Shown piece by piece: positions 9,074 through 18,424 of a DNA stretch of 32,018 nt. The translations under genes were made by a program, and so were the position numbers. The stretch is from an uncultured Bacilli bacterium (GTDB taxonomy: Bacteria > Bacillota_I > Bacilli_A > RF39 > UBA660): assembly GCA_944373135.1 (NCBI GenBank), contig CALWAM010000003.1, positions 1 to 32,018 of the forward strand, in the 5' to 3' direction. Each line of letters starts with the position of its first letter. Positions within the stretch are counted from its first letter, which is position 1. The notes under the pieces are model-generated. The model was given only the letters and a program-made list of their open reading frames with translations, was not told the DNA's origin and did no database searches.

Positions 9074-10396
9074 CTATCCTTCTTTTCTTTTTAATGATTT
9101 AAATACTTTTTTCCATAAATCCTTAGAAGCATAATTTAATATACCTACTCTATATACTCTTATACCATATTTAAATAACAAATAACAAGTACCAATTAAT
9201 AAAATACAACTAATAAATAAATCTATCAAAGTAGTTTGCCCTAACAAAAATAAAGTAGGTGCAATTAATAACGATAAAAACGGTATATAACTAATTATTT
9301 TAATAAACAAAGCTCCATCGAAAACACTTGCCATAATTCCCAAATAATAGCCAGCCATTAAAACTAACATTAATGGTGTTTGTAATTGTTGATAATCCTC
9401 AATACTAGTTGTCATACTAGCAAGTACTGCTGCTAATAACGCATATATTAAGAAACTAAATACAAATAATATTATAAATGCTGGTAAACCTTGCCACAAT
9501 AAATTCAAAAATCCACTACTCTTTAATAAATCTAAAAAGTCATTAATTTCTAAACCTATGCCCGTTGAAGAAAAACCTAAACCGCCATTAATTACATATC
9601 TAATTCCTAAACTAATACCACCATATAAAAGCATAAGGCCTAATTGCAATAAAGAAAATAAAGTAGTTGCTATTATCTTAGAAAACAAATGAGCTTCCGG
9701 ACTAACATTAGAAATTATTATTTCCATTCCTCTAGTTGTCTTTTCATCATTGATTTCTGCTCCAATCATTTGCACTAATATCACAATTAAGATAAAGAAT
9801 GGCACTAAAAATACCGTTATTAGACTTGCTCCTACTAAATCTTTTGCTTCACTATTTTCCGCATCTTCATTTAACACAACACTATTTAATTCTATTGGTG
9901 ATGTAATATTAATTAAATCATTTTGATTAATATTACTCATATTAAGAGCATATTCCCCTTTAACAGAAGTAAGAGCACTATTAAGTAACTGATTAACTAT
10001 CATATCTATTTGATCATAACTATACACAGTTGCAGTCATATATTTAACATCATCTTTATTAATAACCACCAAAATATTATCATTATCTTGATCAAGTGTT
10101 TCTTTAATATTTTCAATACTTTCATCAGCTAATTTTACTTCGTAATTAGCCATATCCTCTACACTACTTTTAAGCTCGTTAAAATATTTACTAAAATTAT
10201 CAAATACTCCTACTTCATCAACAACTAAGATTTCTTTTTCTTCTTTAAAATCCCCCCCAAAAGCATTAATTACCGTATCTATATTAACAATTACAATTAA
10301 TAATAAACATAATAATATATTAACTACTTTAAACCATTTAGTTTTAATCTTTTTTTCTAAACTTTGTTTAATCAAAAATTTAATCTTTGTTTTCAT
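9074..10396 (-). CDS. ABC-2 type permease (YhaP/NatB-like)
   Basis: One N-terminal TM, large extracellular loop, multiple C-terminal TMs; EINDEKTTRGMEIIISNV, SYIPF, VYRVGIL. Confidence 0.88.
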   Translation of the reverse strand: MKTKIKFLIKQSLEKKIKTKWFKVVNILLCLLLIVIVNIDTVINAFGGDFKEEKEILVVDEVGVFDNFSKYFNELKSSVEDMANYEVKLADESIENIKETLDQDNDNILVVINKDDVKYMTATVYSYDQIDMIVNQLLNSALTSVKGEYALNMSNINQNDLINITSPIELNSVVLNEDAENSEAKDLVGASLITVFLVPFFILIVILVQMIGAEINDEKTTRGMEIIISNVSPEAHLFSKIIATTLFSLLQLGLMLLYGGISLGIRYVINGGLGFSSTGIGLEINDFLDLLKSSGFLNLLWQGLPAFIILFVFSFLIYALLAAVLASMTTSIEDYQQLQTPLMLVLMAGYYLGIMASVFDGALFIKIISYIPFLSLLIAPTLFLLGQTTLIDLFISCILLIGTCYLLFKYGIRVYRVGILNYASKDLWKKVFKSLKRKEG

Positions 10397-11285
10397 AAAC
10401 CGCCCCTACCTTTTCAATAAATATTTCATTTAAAGTTGGTTCTTCTACTTCATACTTAATAATATTTTTACATTTCTTGACATAATCAAAAACATTTTTG
10501 CTGTATTCTTCACTCTTAATTTTAACAATAACTTCATTAGCTTCTTCAAAAGCATCAATAACGCCCTCGATACTCTTTAGTTTTAATATATCTACATCAC
10601 CAATAATACTAATATTTTTTTTGCGATAATCTTTTTTAATTTCCTTTAAATTACCTTGTAATACACTTTTACCATTAACTAATACCACTAAATTCTCACA
10701 AAATTGTTCTACTTGTTCCATTCGATGCGAAGAAAAAATAATCATACTTCCTTTTTTTTGACACATTTTAATTGCATCCATAAATAATTGCGCATTAATA
10801 GGATCTAAACCTGAAAAAGGCTCATCCAAAATAAGTAATTCTGGATCATTAATAATTGCGGTAATAAATTGGATTTTTTGTTGATTACCTTTACTTAATT
10901 CTTTTATTTTTCTTTCTTTATATTCTGCAATATTAAAAAACTTTAACCATTCATCTAATTTTTTTAATATATCTTCTTCTTTCATCCCTTTTAATATACC
11001 ATAATATATTACTTGTTCTTTAACAGTTAACTTAGTAAGTAAACTTCTTTCTTCAGTTAAAAAACCGATTTTATCCGTAACACTATAGTCTATTTTTTTA
11101 CCATCTAATGTAATTTTACCACTACTTTTATTTAAAAGTCCAATTATCATTCTAAATGTCGTTGTTTTACCAGCTCCATTTACTCCTAATAAACCAAATA
11201 TCTCTCCTTTATCAATTTTAAAGGATAAGTTATCTACAGCTTTAAAATCACCATAGTATTTAGTTACATTCTCAACACTTAACAT
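10380..11285 (-). CDS. ABC transporter ATP-binding protein (YhaQ-like)
   Basis: Walker A GVNGAGKTT, LSKGNQQ signature, LLILDEPFSGLD, C-terminal EPTLNEIFIEKVG. Confidence 0.93.
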   Translation of the reverse strand: MLSVENVTKYYGDFKAVDNLSFKIDKGEIFGLLGVNGAGKTTTFRMIIGLLNKSSGKITLDGKKIDYSVTDKIGFLTEERSLLTKLTVKEQVIYYGILKGMKEEDILKKLDEWLKFFNIAEYKERKIKELSKGNQQKIQFITAIINDPELLILDEPFSGLDPINAQLFMDAIKMCQKKGSMIIFSSHRMEQVEQFCENLVVLVNGKSVLQGNLKEIKKDYRKKNISIIGDVDILKLKSIEGVIDAFEEANEVIVKIKSEEYSKNVFDYVKKCKNIIKYEVEEPTLNEIFIEKVGAVYENKD

Positions 11286-11321
11286 ATAATCACCTAATTA
11301 CATTTTATCATAAAAACACAT

Positions 11322-11497
11322 AAAAAAAACAATAATTTAATAATTATTACTTAGTTTATAATTATAGAGTATCCTTAAATTCTTTATGGTTGCTACTCAA
11401 TGTTTTTGGATATGTCTTCTTATAACATCCTTTAGAAAAAATTTCTAATTTTAACGATTATACAATCAACTATGTTTATTACTTAGTATATTGACTA
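11322..11497 (-). ncRNA. Candidate structured non-coding RNA, family unassigned
   Basis: Extended -10 TG-a-TAAGAT at 11502-11510, several hairpins by eye, weak hairpin plus U8 at 11322-11350; no convincing ORF. Confidence 0.3.
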
Positions 11498-11528
11498 ATT
11501 AATCTTATCACATATTTATTAAAAACTA

Positions 11529-11557
11529 TTGTCTCAATTAAATTTTTATGATAATAT
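11529..11557 (+). promoter_or_regulatory. SigA promoter for tRNA-Glu
   Basis: TTGTCT-N17-TAATAT with TG extension. Confidence 0.55.
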
Positions 11558-11571
11558 TAACCTGTACTTTT

Positions 11572-11648
11572 GGTCTGTTGGTGAAGTGGCTTAACACACC
11601 ACCCTCTCAAGGTGGCATTCACGAGTTCGAACCTCGTACAGACTACCA
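11572..11648 (+). tRNA. tRNA-Glu (anticodon CUC)
   Basis: Acceptor GGTCTGT/ACAGACT, anticodon arm CCACC-CT CTC AA-GGTGG, T arm ACGAG-TTCGAAC-CTCGT, encoded CCA. Confidence 0.96.
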
Positions 11649-11658
11649 AATAAAAATT

Positions 11659-11682
11659 AAGAGACTTTACTAGTCTCTTTTT
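11659..11682. terminator. Intrinsic terminator between convergent tRNA-Glu and ylbE
   Basis: AAGAGACT-ttact-AGTCTCTT followed by T run. Confidence 0.75.
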
Positions 11683-11902
11683 ATTTTATTGCATTAAATA
11701 AATTTGATATTAAATCAATATTATCAATAACATCATTTATCTTATCAGTCTTTCTTAACCGATATTTTTCTTTCATAACAGCTACGAATTCCTCATACTT
11801 TCTTGGATCTCTGTTTAAATATTTAATCCACTCACTATTTTCTTTTAAAAGTTCTAACATTTTAGGATCTTGATATAACTTTTCTAAAATATATTTTTGC
11901 AT
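11681..11902 (-). CDS. ylbE: YlbE-like protein
   Basis: LLKENSEWIKYLNRDP...EKYRLRKTDKI; adjacent to ylbD. Confidence 0.75.
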   Translation of the reverse strand: MQKYILEKLYQDPKMLELLKENSEWIKYLNRDPRKYEEFVAVMKEKYRLRKTDKINDVIDNIDLISNLFNAIK

Positions 11903-12262
11903 TTAATCTCCATAAAATTTATTTATAGGTCTAGGTGTAGTTGGACCTTTAACAACATCGACACTAGAAGTATTACTTTTACTAGTTATATCGCCTAAAA
12001 AATTTAGAGCCTTTTGAGCCGTTGACAAATGCTTTTGAATTTTACTTGAATCAATATTTTTAACTATGTTTGATATTTCATTGATATTTAAATGATTATT
12101 ATCTTCTTTTTTATTTAAATATGGCTTCCAAACATTTTCATCATCTTTATAAATATCATATAACTCATAAAACTTTTGCAATGTCATACTATTATCTTTA
12201 ATACTATTAATTAATTCAGGATGAAGCTTAGCAAATTCTTTAAATTCTTCTAACTTAGTCAT
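11903..12262 (-). CDS. ylbD: YlbD-like putative spore coat protein
   Basis: KLEEFKEFAKLHPEL...TLQKFYELYDIY..DENVWKPY...IQKHLSTAQKAL. Confidence 0.78.
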   Translation of the reverse strand: MTKLEEFKEFAKLHPELINSIKDNSMTLQKFYELYDIYKDDENVWKPYLNKKEDNNHLNINEISNIVKNIDSSKIQKHLSTAQKALNFLGDITSKSNTSSVDVVKGPTTPRPINKFYGD

Positions 12263-12308
12263 TAAAAATCACCTATTACATTATATGCATGCAATAAGTG
12301 ATTTTTTC

Positions 12309-14813
12309 TTATAATCTAAAATCATTAATAAAGTCATCAATAGTTAATTCTTGAATATTATCTTCTTTATTAACATCACTATCAATAACCTCTAAATTAT
12401 TTTCCTTCTTTTTATTTAAATAAGAAACTAATTGAACTTTTATACCAACTTCACTAAATTTGCTATTTATACTTGATCCAGTAGATAAACTATCCATAAT
12501 ATTAATATCCGTATCTTTTATCACTTCTAAATCAGCATCATTTTTTAAAACAAACTCTTCTTTATTATTAACAACAAAACTACTTATTACCCTATATGGA
12601 CTAGATTTAACTTTTTTAATTATTAAATCTCCTAATCTAGTTCTCGTATGAATATTAAGTTCACTTAACTTCACTCTTTTAGCTGTATTTTTATTAGTAA
12701 ATATTGTCATATAAATATTACTACTATTATAAACATTTCCACTTACAACAAAGTCATCCTTTAATTTAATCCCTTTTACCCCACTAGTTCTTAATCCAAC
12801 CAAAGGAACTTCATCACATTTAATATTTAAATAATAGCCATTATTAGTAACAAATATACAATTATCCGAAGTAATTTCCACACTAACTACTTCATCATCT
12901 TCTTTTAATTTAATACAATTCATAACTTTAGAATATCTACTAACAATAAATTCTTCCAATTTAGTTCTCTTCGTTAATCCATTTCTCGTAAAGAAAATTA
13001 CTTCTTTATTTTTATCATCAAGTACTATAGTTTTAATAATTTTTTCTTCTGGAGACATTGTGACTAAATTACTAACATGTTTACCTAAATCTTTCCACTT
13101 AGCTTCAAATATAGTATGAACTGGAACATATAAATAATTTCCTTGATTTGTAAACATTAATATCGTATCTAAATTATTTAATTCATAAAGACCAATTAAA
13201 TAATCACCAGGTTTTAATCCTGTTTCTTCATCTTTTAAAGAATTATAAGACTTTTGTGATACTTTTTTAATATAACCTTCATTACTAATAGCAACAATTA
13301 CATTCTCTTTAGATATTAAACTATTAGTATCAATCTTAATTTCTGTTATATTATCTCTTATTTCTGTTTTTCTTTCTGTTGCATATTCTTTTTTAATTAA
13401 TTTTAACTCGGTTTTCATTACATGTTTCAAAGCTTCTTCATTATTTAGTATTTGTTCCCATATTTTCATTTTATTAGCTAAATCAGCCATTGTATTTTGC
13501 ACTTCTAAAATATCAGTATTAGTTAAACGATATAATTGTAACATAACAATTGCTTCTGCTTGCTCTATTGTGAATGTAAATTCTTTTACTAAATTATCTT
13601 TAGCATCACTTTTATTCTTACTAGCTCTAATAACACTTATTACTTTATCCATAATACTAATAGCTTTAATAAGTCCTTCTAAAATATGATATTGTTTCTT
13701 AGCATGTTCCAAATCAAATTTAGTCCTATTAGTAATAACTTCTTTTTGAAATTTAATATAAGCATCCAATATTGGAATAAGACCTAAAGTCATTGGTCTT
13801 TGATTAACTATAGCAACCATATTATAATTATAAGAAATTTGTAAATCCGTATTTTTATATAAATAATTAATAATTAAATCACTATCTACATCTTTTTTTA
13901 ATTCAATAACTATTCTTAATCCATCGCGATCCGTTTCATCTCTAACTTCTGCTATACCATCAATTTTTTTATCGATTCTTATACTCTCCATCTTCGTTAC
14001 TAAAGCTTGTTTATTAACCTCAAATGGTATTTCATCAATAATTATTAAATTTTTTCCTTTTTCTTTTTGTAAATGGTATTTAGCTCTAACAACTACTTTT
14101 CCTCTCCCAGTTGTAAACGCATCAACAATTCCCGCTTTGCCTTCTACTATTCCTCCAGTTGGAAAATCTGGTCCTTTAATTATGTTAAGTAATGTATCTA
14201 AATTACAATTAGGAGATTCAATTCTCTTAATTGTTGCATCAATTACTTCTCCTAAATTATGAGGTGGAATATTAGTAGCATAACCAGCACTAATACCACT
14301 ACCACCATTTACCAATAAATTAGGGAACTTAGCGGGTAGTACCGTCGGCTCTAAAAAACGATCATCAAAATTTGGCGCCCAAGTAACGGTATTTTTATCT
14401 AAATCTTTCGTAAGTTCACTACTTATTTTAGCAAGTCTCGCTTCTGTATAACGATAAGCAGCTGCCGGATCTCCATCCATTGATCCATTATTACCATGAA
14501 TTTCAATTAAAATATTAGATTGTTTCCACCACTGACTCATTCTTACCATTGCATCATATACTGATGAATCCCCATGAGGATGGAACTTACCCAAAACTCC
14601 ACCAACTGTATAAGCACATTTAATATAAGATTTATCATAAGTATTTTTTTCATCATACATATAATAAAGAATTCTTCTTTGCACTGGTTTTAAACCATCT
14701 CTAACATCAGGAATAGCTCTTTCTTGTATAATTGATTTAGCATAATTACTAAATCTATCTCCCATTATATCTTCTAAAGAATAATCCTCTATTCTTTTAA
14801 TAATACTTTCCAT
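12309..14813 (-). CDS. parC: DNA topoisomerase IV subunit A
   Basis: LEDIMGDRF, IIQERAIPDVRDGLKPVQRR, HPHGDSSVYDAMVRMSQ, RYTEARL; follows parE. Confidence 0.93.
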   Translation of the reverse strand: MESIIKRIEDYSLEDIMGDRFSNYAKSIIQERAIPDVRDGLKPVQRRILYYMYDEKNTYDKSYIKCAYTVGGVLGKFHPHGDSSVYDAMVRMSQWWKQSNILIEIHGNNGSMDGDPAAAYRYTEARLAKISSELTKDLDKNTVTWAPNFDDRFLEPTVLPAKFPNLLVNGGSGISAGYATNIPPHNLGEVIDATIKRIESPNCNLDTLLNIIKGPDFPTGGIVEGKAGIVDAFTTGRGKVVVRAKYHLQKEKGKNLIIIDEIPFEVNKQALVTKMESIRIDKKIDGIAEVRDETDRDGLRIVIELKKDVDSDLIINYLYKNTDLQISYNYNMVAIVNQRPMTLGLIPILDAYIKFQKEVITNRTKFDLEHAKKQYHILEGLIKAISIMDKVISVIRASKNKSDAKDNLVKEFTFTIEQAEAIVMLQLYRLTNTDILEVQNTMADLANKMKIWEQILNNEEALKHVMKTELKLIKKEYATERKTEIRDNITEIKIDTNSLISKENVIVAISNEGYIKKVSQKSYNSLKDEETGLKPGDYLIGLYELNNLDTILMFTNQGNYLYVPVHTIFEAKWKDLGKHVSNLVTMSPEEKIIKTIVLDDKNKEVIFFTRNGLTKRTKLEEFIVSRYSKVMNCIKLKEDDEVVSVEITSDNCIFVTNNGYYLNIKCDEVPLVGLRTSGVKGIKLKDDFVVSGNVYNSSNIYMTIFTNKNTAKRVKLSELNIHTRTRLGDLIIKKVKSSPYRVISSFVVNNKEEFVLKNDADLEVIKDTDINIMDSLSTGSSINSKFSEVGIKVQLVSYLNKKKENNLEVIDSDVNKEDNIQELTIDDFINDFRL

Positions 14814-14822
14814 CTACTTCAC

Positions 14823-16733
14823 CTACTTTTGTATTTGATAATTGTCTTCTAAAGTGAATATTACATTCTCTTCTATCCATTCTTTTCTCGGTTCAGCTTT
14901 ATCACCCATTAAAATATTTACTCTCTTTTCAGCTAGTGAAGCATCTACAATATTAACTCTAATTAAGCTTCTTGTTTCAGGATTCATAGTTGTTTCCCAC
15001 AATTGATCAGGATTCATTTCACCAAGTCCTTTATATCTTTGAATAACAGCTTTACCACTATTATTTTTCTTAATTTCTTCTAATTCTTCATCACTCCATG
15101 CATAAAAGTGATTTTTACTATAGGTAATCTTATATAAAGGAGGTTTCGCTATATATAATTTACCAGCTTCAATTAAAGGCTTCATAAATCTATAAAAGAA
15201 AGTCAATAATAATATTTGAATATGAGCACCATCAACATCAGCATCTGTCATAATAATAACTTTATCATAATTACTATCTTCTACTACAAAATTAGATCCT
15301 ACACCAGCACCAATAGTATGAATCATCGTATTAATTTCTTCATTTTTTAATATATCATCCATACTAGCTTTTTCACTATTAAGGACCTTTCCTCTAAGAG
15401 GTAATATAGCTTGAAATTTTCTGTCTCTACCACCTTTAGCAGAACCACCAGCTGAATCTCCTTCAACTAAGAAAAGTTCATTAATTTTAGGATTTTTAGA
15501 ACTAGCTGGCGCTAATTTACTAGACAAATTCTTTTCTAACTTATTTTTATTTTTACCATTCCGTGCTTCTTCTCTTGCTTTTCTTGCTGCTTCTCTTGCT
15601 ACCTTACTCTTTAAGGCTTTATTTACAATATTTGTTGCTATTTCTTTATTTTCTTCTAAAAAGAATTTTAATTTTTCATAAACAACACTCTCCACCACAC
15701 TTCTGGCTTCAGGCGTCCCTAATTTTCCTTTTGTTTGTCCTTCAAATTGCAATAATTCTTCTGGTATTTTTAAATTAATAATCGCAGTTAATCCTTCTCT
15801 AACATCACTACCATCAAAATTACTATCTTTACTCTTTAATAAGTTATTTGATTTAGCATAATCATTGAAAGCTTTAGTTAGTCCAGTCTTAAAACCAACC
15901 TCATGAGTACCACCATCTATTGTTTTAACGTTATTAACAAATGATAAAATAGTTTCTTGATAAGTATCAGTATATTGCATTGCAATTTCAACTTCAATTT
16001 TTTGTTTAACACTATTATAATTAATTACTTTATGTAAAACATTTTTATTTTCATTAATATAATCTACAAAACTAGATAACCCATTCTCATAATGAAAAGT
16101 TGCTTCTTTATCATCAGCTTCATCTTTTACAATAACAGTCAAGCCACTAAGCAAAAAAGCACTTTCTTGCATTCTTTCACAAATAGTTGTGAAAGAAAAA
16201 TGACAATTTTTAAATATGTCAAAATCAGGCCAGAATGTAACCATAGTTCCAGTTTTATTAGTTTTACCAATCGCTTTTAAAGGACTATCTACTTTACCAC
16301 CATTTTTAAAACTAATCGTACTAATTTTACCATCACGATATATTGTTACTTCCATCTTTTTACTTAAAGCATTAACAACACTTGCACCTACGCCATGTAA
16401 ACCACCTGATACTTTATATCCAGCAGTTTCAAATTTTCCACCAGCATGCAAGACAGTATAAATAACTTCCGGAGTTGATTTACCAATTTTGTGCATTCCA
16501 ATAGGAACGCCACGACCAGAATCCTCTACAGTTATACTTTCATCTTTATTAATTGTTACTTTAATTAAATTTCCATAACCATTGATAACTTCATCAATTG
16601 AGTTATCTACAATTTCCCAAACAAGGTGATGCAGACCTCTTTTATCAGTTGAACCAATATACATACCAGGTCTTTTTCTTACTGCTTCTAATCCTTCTAA
16701 TACGGTTATTGAACTTTCATCATATTTTGCCAT
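14823..16733 (-). CDS. parE: DNA topoisomerase IV subunit B
   Basis: LEGLEAVRKRPGMYIGSTD, SGGLHGVGASV, EGDSAGG, PLRGKVLN, TDADVDG, LMGDKAEPRKEWIE. AAGGTGA RBS favours ATG 16733. Confidence 0.93.
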   Translation of the reverse strand: MAKYDESSITVLEGLEAVRKRPGMYIGSTDKRGLHHLVWEIVDNSIDEVINGYGNLIKVTINKDESITVEDSGRGVPIGMHKIGKSTPEVIYTVLHAGGKFETAGYKVSGGLHGVGASVVNALSKKMEVTIYRDGKISTISFKNGGKVDSPLKAIGKTNKTGTMVTFWPDFDIFKNCHFSFTTICERMQESAFLLSGLTVIVKDEADDKEATFHYENGLSSFVDYINENKNVLHKVINYNSVKQKIEVEIAMQYTDTYQETILSFVNNVKTIDGGTHEVGFKTGLTKAFNDYAKSNNLLKSKDSNFDGSDVREGLTAIINLKIPEELLQFEGQTKGKLGTPEARSVVESVVYEKLKFFLEENKEIATNIVNKALKSKVAREAARKAREEARNGKNKNKLEKNLSSKLAPASSKNPKINELFLVEGDSAGGSAKGGRDRKFQAILPLRGKVLNSEKASMDDILKNEEINTMIHTIGAGVGSNFVVEDSNYDKVIIMTDADVDGAHIQILLLTFFYRFMKPLIEAGKLYIAKPPLYKITYSKNHFYAWSDEELEEIKKNNSGKAVIQRYKGLGEMNPDQLWETTMNPETRSLIRVNIVDASLAEKRVNILMGDKAEPRKEWIEENVIFTLEDNYQIQK

Positions 16734-16760
16734 ACTAATTTTCACCTTTTAAATTGTACC

Positions 16761-16788
16761 AAAAAAAAAGCCCCAAAACAAGGGACTT
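16761..16788 (-). terminator. Intrinsic terminator overlapping a probable parE promoter
   Basis: AAAGTCCC-ttgtttt-GGGGCTTT plus U run; overlapping TTGTTT-N17-TACAAT with TG extension (16753-16781). Confidence 0.65.
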
Positions 16789-16795
16789 TACAATT

Positions 16796-17602
16796 TTATC
16801 TTATTTTAAAAGTTTCATTTTCCATATTTTTAAAAGATGCAAACTGAATTTCTTGTGGTTCTTGCTCTTTCTTTTCTGGTAAATCATCAATACTAGGAGA
16901 TAACTCTGGCATTTCTATATCAACAACTTTTAACTTAGGTTCCTCTTCAACTTTATTTACTTTAGGCGTTACATTAACACTACTAAATTGTTCATTTTCT
17001 TTAAACATAGTGTAATTATCATTAACAGGCTTTAGCGACGCCGTAGGCGCATCACTAGCCATATCTAATAAAGAGTCAACACTAAGTTCAGAATTACTAT
17101 TTCTCGAACCATCGAAAACTGGTTCTTCATTCACAACTAAATTACTACCTTCATCATCGCTTTTTAATGAATCTTCTAATGAAGCAGCTAGAGCATTAAA
17201 ATCAATATTCATTGTTGGTTCAGAATCAACCGTTTCATGGACATCTTTAAAATTAAAGTCAGCCGTTTTAAATTCATCTTCTTTTTCATCTTCCCTAATA
17301 ATCTTTATTTCATCATCTTTGTCATCTGATTCCTTTGCAACTTCTTTATTAACCTCTAAAGCTGTATGTGGTTCAGTTTCTTTAAATGCGAAATTATCAT
17401 TATATTCATTACTCTCTAATACTTTAACACTTTCATCTTTTTCGGTAGATTTCTTAGCATCTCTTAACGCTAAAATTAATACTAATATAAATAATGAAGC
17501 TAAAATAACAATGACTGTTATTAAGCCAACACCAAAATATTCATTCATATAAAGTTTTTGTATAAATTCATTATTAACAAAGAATTCTCTAACTTGTGAC
17601 AT
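16796..17602 (-). CDS. Hypothetical single-TM protein with long acidic low-complexity tail
   Basis: TM FGVGLITVIVILASLFILVLILAL, then D/E/S/P-rich region. Confidence 0.75.
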   Translation of the reverse strand: MSQVREFFVNNEFIQKLYMNEYFGVGLITVIVILASLFILVLILALRDAKKSTEKDESVKVLESNEYNDNFAFKETEPHTALEVNKEVAKESDDKDDEIKIIREDEKEDEFKTADFNFKDVHETVDSEPTMNIDFNALAASLEDSLKSDDEGSNLVVNEEPVFDGSRNSNSELSVDSLLDMASDAPTASLKPVNDNYTMFKENEQFSSVNVTPKVNKVEEEPKLKVVDIEMPELSPSIDDLPEKKEQEPQEIQFASFKNMENETFKIR

Positions 17603-17703
17603 AAGCCCCACCAACCTTATCCTCTTTACTCTATTAATGTATCATAATAAATTATATAAATCAAGTATATATTTATGCATTTTTATTAAAATAAAAAACA
17701 AGA

Positions 17704-17919
17704 TTACATATATCTTGTCATTTGATTCATAACTTGTCTAACTTGTTTTTGACTAGGTTTCCTTCCCATACTAGACATCATTACTTCAATCATCTTTTCA
17801 TTTATAGGTGGATTTTTCTTTAATTCTTTTTGCATTATATGACGAGCACCAAAAAAACCAATTACAAGCCCAATTATAATTCCACCTAATACATATAAAA
17901 TATCTATAAGCATAATCAT
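17704..17919 (-). CDS. yneF: YneF family (UPF0154) membrane protein
   Basis: GFFGAR..MQKELKKNPPINEKMIEVMMSSMGRKPSQKQVRQVM. Confidence 0.93.
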   Translation of the reverse strand: MIMLIDILYVLGGIIIGLVIGFFGARHIMQKELKKNPPINEKMIEVMMSSMGRKPSQKQVRQVMNQMTRYM

Positions 17920-17958
17920 TCTCCTTTTCTTATTTTGATTGTACTAAATATTTATTTT

Positions 17959-18372
17959 TTATGCAAGAGACGATAACCAAAAATAATCTTTATTTTTGAA
18001 ATCACAAACGAAATAATTAGTTTTCTCCGTTAAATCTTTTAAAAAAGAAGGATAACTTGTCGTTGTTTCTAACATCATATAAGCTTTATTCACAATTAAT
18101 TTTGTTTTCTCATCATTATAATAATTATAAATCATATGTAAATTATTAAACTTAGTATAAAATTGATTATTACGATATAGATTAAATAAATAAATATTAA
18201 GTTCTAATTTATCAATTGGTATAGCTACCCTTTCAAATATCGACAGTCCCAAATTAAAATCTTTTTTATCTAAATAATATAATTCTTCTAAAGTTTTATA
18301 TAAATTATATGGTAATTTTTTTGTTAAAATTGCAAATTCTTTATTAATCTTAAAAATATAAAATTTTCTCAC
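17959..18372 (-). CDS. sirA: Sporulation inhibitor of replication SirA (YneE)
   Basis: RKFYIFKINKEFA N-terminus, FVCDFKNKDYFWLS C-terminus; tkt-sirA-yneF order as in B. subtilis. GGTGA RBS favours GTG 18372. Confidence 0.8.
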   Translation of the reverse strand: MRKFYIFKINKEFAILTKKLPYNLYKTLEELYYLDKKDFNLGLSIFERVAIPIDKLELNIYLFNLYRNNQFYTKFNNLHMIYNYYNDEKTKLIVNKAYMMLETTTSYPSFLKDLTEKTNYFVCDFKNKDYFWLSSLA

Positions 18373-18415
18373 TATAATCACCAATATGAGAATACTATAT
18401 CAAAAGCAAAAAAAA

Positions 18416-18422
18416 TGTCGAA
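18416..18422. promoter_or_regulatory. Spo0A box upstream of sirA
   Basis: TGTCGAA, a perfect TGNCGAA match, in the tkt-sirA gap. Confidence 0.6.
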
Positions 18423-18424
18423 AA

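Noticed and set aside
11386-11448. 20-aa + strand ORF MVATQCFWICLLITSFRKNF resembling a type I toxin
   Set aside because: No RBS and short hydrophobic run; likely chance.
11572-11700. tRNA as an integration site
   Set aside because: No integrase or duplicated tRNA 3' end seen; flanks look like resident genes.
12309-16745. gyrB-gyrA assignment
   Set aside because: GDRF/IIQERA N-terminus, no visible GyrA-box and the lexA-tkt neighbourhood favour parE-parC.
12460-17552. Short + strand ORFs inside parC, parE and the acidic protein gene
   Set aside because: Antisense shadows with no recognisable motifs.
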